A stretch of 64,000 nt of DNA, from the NCBI GenBank assembly GCA_947382645.1, contig CANDAE010000010.1, forward strand, positions 52,097 to 116,096, read 5' to 3'. This document shows, one piece after another, positions 57,374 through 64,000 of this stretch (its first letter is position 1; the number at the start of each line of letters is the position of its first letter). This DNA is from an uncultured Lachnospiraceae bacterium (lineage in GTDB: Bacteria > Bacillota > Clostridia > Lachnospirales > Lachnospiraceae). The notes beneath the pieces were generated by a model. The model was not told the origin of the DNA. It saw only the letters and a list, made by a program, of their open reading frames with translations, and made no database searches. The position numbers and the translations under genes are program-made.

Positions 57374-58720
57374 TTATAATCTCTTAAGCAGTTCTTCCCT
57401 CTGTGCCTCATAGCCGGGCTTTCCAAGAAGTGCAAACATATTCTTCTTATAACTTTCCACACCGGGCTGATTGAAAGGATTTACGCCAAGTAAGTATCCG
57501 CTGACGCCGCATGCAAACTCAAAGAAATAAAATAACTGCCCCAGGTAAAATTCACTCACTTCAGGTACTTTAACCATCAGGTTGGGAACCTGTCCGTCCG
57601 TATGAGCAAGAATGGTTCCATTCATGGCGCTCTTGTTTACGAAATCAACGCTCTTGCCTGCCAGGTAATTAAGCCCGTCAAGATCCACTGCTTCTTCCTT
57701 GAGAACAATCTCTTCTCTGCTGGTTTCAATGTTGATTACCGTTTCAAACATATTTCTTGAGCCATCCTGAATGAACTGCCCCATAGAATGTAGATCAGTA
57801 GTCAGATCCACGCTGGCAGGGAAAATACCTTTCTGATCTTTGCCTTCGCTCTCTCCATAGAGCTGCTTCCACCATTCGGAAACATAATGAACGCTGGGTT
57901 CATAGTTTGCAAGAATTTCAATACATTTTCCTTTTCTTAAAAGAATATTCCGAAGAGCAGCATATTTCAGCGCATCATTTTCTTCAAAGGAAGCTTCCAG
58001 AGCGGCCTTGCGTCCTGCCTGAGCTCCTTCCATAAGTTTATCAATATCTGCTCCGCTTACAGCAATCGGAAGTAAACCAACAGCAGTAAGAACGGAAAAA
58101 CGTCCGCCTACATCATCCGGAACTACGAAGCTTTCATAGCCTTCTTCCGTAGCAAGATTTTTTAAAGAGCCTCTTGCCTTATCTGTTGTGGCATAGATTC
58201 TCTTTGCTGCTTCTTCCTTGCCATATTTCTTTTCCATCATTTCCTTAAACACACGGAATGCAATTGCAGGCTCTGTAGTAGTGCCTGACTTACTGATCAT
58301 ATTAATGGAGAAATCTCTGTCTCCAATTACATCCATTAAATGTTTAATATAGGTGGAGCTGATAGAGTTTCCTACAAAATATATTTCAGGAGTTTTTCTG
58401 ATTTCCTTACTTACTGTGTTATAAAAGCTGTGTCTTAAAAATTCAATGGCTGCCCTTGCTCCAAGGTAGGAACCGCCAATGCCAATCACCAGCAAAACCT
58501 CTGAATCGCTCTGGATTTTGGCTGCTGCCTTTTTAATTCTGTCAAACTCTTCCTTGTCGTAATTTTCAGGAAGGTCAATCCATCCAAGGAAATCATTACC
58601 TGCACCTGTTTTGGAAACCAATAATTCTTTTGCATCCAGAGCCAGCTTCTTCATGGATTCAACTTCCTGATCCTGAATAAAGGAAGCTGCTTTGGAGTAA
58701 TCAAATGTTACTTTGTTCAT
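57374..58720 (-). CDS. pgi: Glucose-6-phosphate isomerase
   Basis: Motifs [38 protein letters not shown] and [12 protein letters not shown]. Confidence 0.98.
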   Translation of the reverse strand: MNKVTFDYSKAASFIQDQEVESMKKLALDAKELLVSKTGAGNDFLGWIDLPENYDKEEFDRIKKAAAKIQSDSEVLLVIGIGGSYLGARAAIEFLRHSFYNTVSKEIRKTPEIYFVGNSISSTYIKHLMDVIGDRDFSINMISKSGTTTEPAIAFRVFKEMMEKKYGKEEAAKRIYATTDKARGSLKNLATEEGYESFVVPDDVGGRFSVLTAVGLLPIAVSGADIDKLMEGAQAGRKAALEASFEENDALKYAALRNILLRKGKCIEILANYEPSVHYVSEWWKQLYGESEGKDQKGIFPASVDLTTDLHSMGQFIQDGSRNMFETVINIETSREEIVLKEEAVDLDGLNYLAGKSVDFVNKSAMNGTILAHTDGQVPNLMVKVPEVSEFYLGQLFYFFEFACGVSGYLLGVNPFNQPGVESYKKNMFALLGKPGYEAQREELLKRL

Positions 58721-58837
58721 AATGTACACTCCTTTTTATAAAATAATATTTTTTACCATATTAACCAATTTTTAGTGTAACAAATAGATTGGTCTTTTTC
58801 AAGAACTTTGCTTAAACAGTTCCACCAGGCATAGCAC

Positions 58838-60067
58838 TTAATCCCCAATATAGTATTCTTCCAGCGTCATATTTCCATCCAGAAAACGATAAAACTCCTC
58901 GTCAAATTCATAATCCTTACCTTCATATTCTCCGGCAAGCTCTTTCGCTTCCTCCACCCTGCCATTTGCCACAAGTGCAACTATGTAAGTATCCACAACA
59001 TAATTGCCCTCCTCATACAGTTCATAAGCGCGCAGTGCATAGTCAAGGCCCTTTTCCAGATTGCCTTCCACCAGCTCCAATGTTGCATAAGAACGCAGCA
59101 CCGCATAATCTTCTTTATTTACTGCATAAATTTCCTCAAGTATCTGCCTTGCCTGTTCCAGCTCTCCCTGCCTGCGGTAATAGGTTGCAATCTGTGCCTG
59201 TGCATCAAAATAATAAGGGTTAATCTCAATGCATTCCTTTAAATAATTCATTCTCGCTTCATCATCTGCCGTCATACTGCCCAGACAGTAATAAACAAGC
59301 GCCTGATCATAATTTTTACTTCCAATGTATACTGACATGGCTTCACAATATTGCTCCATAGCTTCATAGGGATCTCCATCTTCGCCAATATCTTCATACA
59401 CCTGTTCTACAAGTTCATCACTTAAATCACAGGTATCATAATATATATTAAGCTTATCCACATATCCAATCACTTTCCGGTATTGTTTATCGGAAATGTC
59501 TCTTTCCGCAATATATTGATTGATTGCATAAGACGCATAGTCATAATACCCATACTTCATGCCAATATCTGTAAGACGAAATGCTGTATTGATATCTTCC
59601 GGATCTTTTTCCAATGCGTCGAGCAATTCATTCATTTCCGTCAGAATATATCCATTTTCTGCTGTAAGAGACGTACTTTCCTGCCCTTTATCCGGCTCCT
59701 GTACATCCTCATTTTCCGACATATCCCTGGCTTCTGAGGAATCTTTCGATTCTAATACATCTTTGGTATCTGAAATCTCTTCGAGCGCAGCTTCCGCCTC
59801 CTGCGTATGCTGCTTTTTTAACGCGCCTACAGCCAGTAAGACGCCGGCAGCACAAATACAAACCACCGCTGCACCAGCCCCTATGCAAAGTATCCGCCGC
59901 TTCTTCTTCCTGATTAGTTCTTCTCTGCATTCTTTACACAAAACAGATTTGGGATCTTCACTCCGGTCTATGGCTCTGCGCTTACAATTTTCACAAAGTC
60001 CCTGTCCCATATTTCCAAATGGATCTCCTGTGTATCCTGCCCACCATTCATTATCCCTGTTTTCCAT
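58838..60067 (-). CDS. Zinc-ribbon, TM, tetratricopeptide-repeat protein
   Basis: CENC...CKEC, one TM helix, an acidic linker and C-terminal TPR-like helices. Confidence 0.7.
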   Translation of the reverse strand: MENRDNEWWAGYTGDPFGNMGQGLCENCKRRAIDRSEDPKSVLCKECREELIRKKKRRILCIGAGAAVVCICAAGVLLAVGALKKQHTQEAEAALEEISDTKDVLESKDSSEARDMSENEDVQEPDKGQESTSLTAENGYILTEMNELLDALEKDPEDINTAFRLTDIGMKYGYYDYASYAINQYIAERDISDKQYRKVIGYVDKLNIYYDTCDLSDELVEQVYEDIGEDGDPYEAMEQYCEAMSVYIGSKNYDQALVYYCLGSMTADDEARMNYLKECIEINPYYFDAQAQIATYYRRQGELEQARQILEEIYAVNKEDYAVLRSYATLELVEGNLEKGLDYALRAYELYEEGNYVVDTYIVALVANGRVEEAKELAGEYEGKDYEFDEEFYRFLDGNMTLEEYYIGD

Positions 60068-60130
60068 TTTCTCCCTTCCTTTCTCTCATGCATCCCGACA
60101 ATACAAATATATAATAAAAAAGTTTGCATT

Positions 60131-60694
60131 TCATAACATATTTTTATTATAAACCGCTCTCTCCCCACCAATAAACTTCCCTCTTGTTCTGGCACATACC
60201 AAATGTGCATGGCCGATTTCTTTTATATGAATGCGTACTGGAACCGCCACCTCCATAAGATGCATACCAATCAGCGTATCTCCGATATCCATTCCTGCCT
60301 GCCCGCTGATGTGCTCTACCACCACCGGTTCAGAAAATCTTTTATAAGCTGTGGTTCCAAAGGAACCTCCTGCTTTCGGCTGGGGAACCACATTTACAAC
60401 AGGAAGCCGCTCTCTTCTTGCCAGCTCTTTTTCAATAACTAACGCCCTGTTTAAATGCTCGCAACATTGTGCTGCCAGATAAAGCTTCTTTTCCAATACC
60501 ACCTGATAAATACCTTCAAACACTGCCTCCGCTGTTTCCAGACTGGAAGAGGTGCCGATTCTTTCTCCCGTCACTTCACTGGAAGAGCATCCCACAACTA
60601 AAATATCCCCTTCCAATAAATGCGCCTGTTCAATAAGCAGTCTGGTCGCCTGCCCTGCCTGCTTATTTATTTCTTTTAAAAATTCTTCTTCCAT
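60131..60694 (-). CDS. TIGR01440/UPF0340 (YwlG-like) protein
   Basis: Motifs VVGCSSSEV, AAQCCEHLNRALV, PKAGGS and DIGDTLIGMHL. Confidence 0.9.
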   Translation of the reverse strand: MEEEFLKEINKQAGQATRLLIEQAHLLEGDILVVGCSSSEVTGERIGTSSSLETAEAVFEGIYQVVLEKKLYLAAQCCEHLNRALVIEKELARRERLPVVNVVPQPKAGGSFGTTAYKRFSEPVVVEHISGQAGMDIGDTLIGMHLMEVAVPVRIHIKEIGHAHLVCARTRGKFIGGERAVYNKNML

Positions 60695-60728
60695 GTAATA
60701 TTTCCTTTCTCAATTTTAACAGTTTTTT

Positions 60729-63700
60729 CTACCGATAGAAAGCATATCCTTTTACTTCCCTGACAAAACCATTTTCTTCCAGAATTTTTGCTGCCTCATC
60801 AGGGTATTCTTTTACCTGAATTCTCTTTTTATCTTTAAAAATCTGTCCTTTTTTATACTCTTCCACAAATAATTTTACTGCTTCTTCTAAATACTTATCC
60901 TCAAAAACCCGCAGCGTTTTTCCCTGTTTTTCAAAAACTGCAACAGGATTTCCTCCTTTGAGAGCCGCCGCTGAGCCCGATATATTAAGGAAGTTTTTAC
61001 CTTCTTTGTGGGGAAGAAGTTTTCCCCATATCTGCATGGGATCTGCTCCGTTCAGCCAGACCATATCACTTTCTGCATGAGACAATGCAGCGGTTACTCC
61101 GCCAAAATCTTTTCCTCTGATAAACTGTGCCCCGGACAGTCCTTCCACAAAATATCCTCTTCTTACCTGTCCCGTATACTCCTGAATCCGTAAAAGATTT
61201 AGCGCCTCCTGCCAGGACAAACCATATGCAGCAGCGCTTTCCCGGCAGAGAATCAGGTACCTGTCAAAGCATCTCTCCATCTGCTCCTGCACTGTAAGAG
61301 GACGAAGCGGTCTCACCAAATCCCACCGTCCTGCCTGCAGCGCTTTCACACGGGCTCCCACCCGCACTCTGGCAGCAGATTTTTTTATTTTCTCCTGACC
61401 AAGCCACTGGAGCACCGGCACAAAGCTGTCTGCACACACAATGCCTTTTTCCATAAGAGCTAAAAGAGTATCATAAGGCGATTCCCCTTCCAGAACTCCA
61501 CTTAGCGCCTGCATAAAACTGGCTCCCCGTCTGGATAAAGCCCGTACCAGCAGCTTTTCCTTTTCCGAAAGACTCTCCCAGTCAATTTCCGGTTCTTTCT
61601 CCCAATCAATCCCATCCATACGGTCAAAACGAACTTTCCCACCCTCTTCCATATGCCAAAAATATTCCCCGGCAGATAAAAAGGCATCCAACTGACTTTC
61701 CCTGTAATTTTTTACCCTGGAGGGAAAGAGTACTTCCTCCCATAAAGCTGCCGGAAAAGCTGTTCCCGCAAAGGAGGATACCGTCATTTTTAAACTCTCT
61801 TCGGATGGTGCAGAACGATGCACACGGGAAGCAAGCAGTGCTGCGTAAGCCTGCGGCGGACAGGTGGAAATTTCCTCCCTGCGGTTTTTTAATGTTTTAT
61901 TTCTGGCACGCTTATATAATTGGGCATGATAATAGACAACAACCTTATCTTCCTTTTCTTCATCCAAAGATTCTTCCTGAGAAACAATTTCTTCATTTTC
62001 ACATAATATTTTAAGCAGTTCCAGGGCTTTTTCTTCCTTCCAGTTATAACGGAGCGCCACCTGACGCGCGCTTGCCCCTCCCCGATATCTTAACATACGC
62101 CGGATAACAGAACACGCCTCTTCTCTGTTTCCTTCCTCCAGCGCCCCATGATAATCCGCTTCCTGTTCCGCCGCAATCCAAAGCCCCTGCTCCAGGTAAA
62201 GGACGCGGCCTTCTTTGCTCAAATTTTCAAGCCACTCCACCGGAATATCCAGATCTCCGGCCGCCAGATCTCCCTCTGTCATTAAAAGGGAATGAAGCTG
62301 CTTTTCATCTGTCGGAAGCTTTTCTCTTTTTTGAACCAGGGAAAGCTCCAGAGCGCCCGGTCTTACCATTTCCTCCTGCTTTAGCGCATCTGCAACTGCA
62401 GCATGAACGCCTCTGGGCGTCGGCGCATAATCATACATAACTGCTGCCTCCTGCCCCCACTGTAAAGGAAGGGACATGGGAGAAGGCGTCTTTGTGTAAA
62501 CCTCGCGCACCAGAACTTCTCCCGATCTGATTTTTTCAAGCAGCTCCCGTACACCTGCACCGTCCCAAATCTGTTCCATGCACTCTCTTTTTGTCTCTCT
62601 GATCAGAGGATGGTTTTTCTCTCTTACCACCTGATCCAGCATTTCCGCACTCCGAAGCCGCTGCATCCAAAGGGGCTGCCTTCCATTTCCTTTTGCTCCC
62701 ATCATAAGTGCTCTACCGCAGTTATAACGAAATGCCATGTTAAAAACAGGTGCGGAGGGAAGCATGGCGGTTAAAACTGTTTCTACTGTTTCAGGATCAA
62801 TTCTGTTAAGCAGACCTTCCGGCATTACCTGATCCCCATAGGAATAAAGTAAAAATCCATCCTCCTCATCCACACTGCCTACATTCATTTTAAGTTCTAT
62901 TTCCGCTTCCTGCGCTGCAAGCAGTGCCAGGGGCGCATTAATCCGCCTCCCAAAAACGGAATGGATCATTAACTGGCTGTTTCCGGACTGATCCCGAAAA
63001 TGCTCCGCCAAAATAGTTTTATCATCAGGCAGCCCGCCTGTGGCGGCAATCTGCCTTTTCAAATATCCTTCCGAAAGCAGTGCCGCAGATTCATCCAGCC
63101 CCAGCTTAACAAGGGCATCTTTTAAGTTTCCCTCCTCTTCTGCTTTGGAAAGACTGCGCAATATTTTTCCAAAATAAATTCCGGTTTCCTTGTTCCGCCC
63201 TTTCAACTCCCCCTTCCAGAAGGGAAGCCTTGCACCCTCCACCGGCGCCTGTGTAACCGTCACTGTATCTCTTCCAATATTTACTACTTTCCATGCAAAA
63301 GCGCCTAATATAAAACGATCCCCTTTTTGCGTCTCATAGACAAACTCCTCATCTGCCTCTCCTACTTTTACCCCTTCCTCCGTACGAACCGTGTAAAGCC
63401 CCTTGTCAGGAATCGTTCCACCTGCTGAAATGGCAAGCATTCTGCTGTAACCATCTCCTTCCACCTTTTCATGAATCCTGTCGTACAAAATTCTGGGGCG
63501 GACCGGAACATCTCTTTTATGCTCATAATCCCCTGCCAGCATTTGAAGCACTTCTTTTACATCCTCTTTTGTAACTTCGGAAAAAGACCATGCTCTTTGC
63601 AGAATTTCCATCACATCATCCACTTCATAGCCCTTAAATGCCGCCATAGAAACCAAATGCTGGGCCAGCACATCAAAACACCCTCTGGGAGGATTCATTA

Positions 63701-63998
63701 ATTCCACTTTCCCTTCTCTGGCAAGCTGCGCGGTCATTCCACTTAAAATGCACTCCGCCGCTGTTCTGGGAAATAAATACATCACGCTGGTGCGTGAGGG
63801 GTTATGCCCTGCACGCCCTAACCTCTGCATTGTCCCGGAAATGGTACGGGGACATCCCACCTGCAGCACCTGATCGATTTCTCCCACGTCAATTCCCAGT
63901 TCCATAGAAGAAGTAGCGCACAAAAGCCGCAGCTTTCCTTCCCTTAAAGACTCCTCCACTTCCTGACGCTGTTCTTTGGAAAGGCTTCCGTGATGCAC
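60729..63998 (-). CDS. lhr: Lhr-family DEAD/DEAH helicase, 5'-partial
   Basis: Motifs HHGSLS, ATSSMELGIDVG, QRLGRAGH, DVLAQH, AGGTIPD and C-terminal RRGYFVEGLSGAQF. Continues beyond the window. Confidence 0.9.
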   Translation of the reverse strand: MHHGSLSKEQRQEVEESLREGKLRLLCATSSMELGIDVGEIDQVLQVGCPRTISGTMQRLGRAGHNPSRTSVMYLFPRTAAECILSGMTAQLAREGKVELMNPPRGCFDVLAQHLVSMAAFKGYEVDDVMEILQRAWSFSEVTKEDVKEVLQMLAGDYEHKRDVPVRPRILYDRIHEKVEGDGYSRMLAISAGGTIPDKGLYTVRTEEGVKVGEADEEFVYETQKGDRFILGAFAWKVVNIGRDTVTVTQAPVEGARLPFWKGELKGRNKETGIYFGKILRSLSKAEEEGNLKDALVKLGLDESAALLSEGYLKRQIAATGGLPDDKTILAEHFRDQSGNSQLMIHSVFGRRINAPLALLAAQEAEIELKMNVGSVDEEDGFLLYSYGDQVMPEGLLNRIDPETVETVLTAMLPSAPVFNMAFRYNCGRALMMGAKGNGRQPLWMQRLRSAEMLDQVVREKNHPLIRETKRECMEQIWDGAGVRELLEKIRSGEVLVREVYTKTPSPMSLPLQWGQEAAVMYDYAPTPRGVHAAVADALKQEEMVRPGALELSLVQKREKLPTDEKQLHSLLMTEGDLAAGDLDIPVEWLENLSKEGRVLYLEQGLWIAAEQEADYHGALEEGNREEACSVIRRMLRYRGGASARQVALRYNWKEEKALELLKILCENEEIVSQEESLDEEKEDKVVVYYHAQLYKRARNKTLKNRREEISTCPPQAYAALLASRVHRSAPSEESLKMTVSSFAGTAFPAALWEEVLFPSRVKNYRESQLDAFLSAGEYFWHMEEGGKVRFDRMDGIDWEKEPEIDWESLSEKEKLLVRALSRRGASFMQALSGVLEGESPYDTLLALMEKGIVCADSFVPVLQWLGQEKIKKSAARVRVGARVKALQAGRWDLVRPLRPLTVQEQMERCFDRYLILCRESAAAYGLSWQEALNLLRIQEYTGQVRRGYFVEGLSGAQFIRGKDFGGVTAALSHAESDMVWLNGADPMQIWGKLLPHKEGKNFLNISGSAAALKGGNPVAVFEKQGKTLRVFEDKYLEEAVKLFVEEYKKGQIFKDKKRIQVKEYPDEAAKILEENGFVREVKGYAFYR

Positions 63999-64000
63999 CC

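Noticed and set aside
59559-60152. 197-aa antisense ORF opposite the TPR gene, and other plus-strand shadows such as 3285..3848 and 3849..4352
   Set aside because: These are antisense shadows of well-supported genes, low-complexity and with no RBS or motifs.
1-64000. CRISPR array, tRNA/rRNA, integrase or transposase genes
   Set aside because: I saw no regularly spaced repeat-spacer array, stable-RNA gene or recombinase ORF; the repeats found are dispersed palindromes.

Overview
A bacterial chromosomal window from a Firmicute. Gene content, GGAGG ribosome-binding sites, sigmaA-type promoters and a T-box suggest Lachnospiraceae/Clostridiales (inference). In order it holds: a partial PilZ gene; an MCP plus a PRTase-like gene; a SAH/MTA deaminase plus AhcY-family hydrolase pair whose HLEAK motif suggests S-inosylhomocysteine specificity; a ROK-regulated sugar ABC/oxidoreductase/isomerase operon; a two-component-regulated GH65/beta-PGM cluster with three extra hydrolases; a 2-aminoethylphosphonate (AEP) biosynthesis and surface-tailoring cluster; manC/manA; a T-box-controlled trpEGDCFBA operon; an AT-rich defence islet (ABC-three-component/Lamassu-like system with a SMEK effector, a 5'-truncated RelA/SpoT-type synthetase and an AAA/DUF4143 ATPase); an XRE-ABC exporter unit; an HD-GYP gene; two small membrane-protein genes; pgi; a TPR protein; a TIGR01440 protein; and a partial Lhr helicase. 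The most unusual items are (i) a YidC insertase fused to a TagF-like CDP-alcohol phosphotransferase domain, preceded by a procoat-like micro-protein, at the head of the phosphonate cluster, and (ii) a 122-123 bp three-hairpin repeat present twice, each copy directly abutting the RBS of a gene. All product calls come from motif recognition by eye; no database searches were run.
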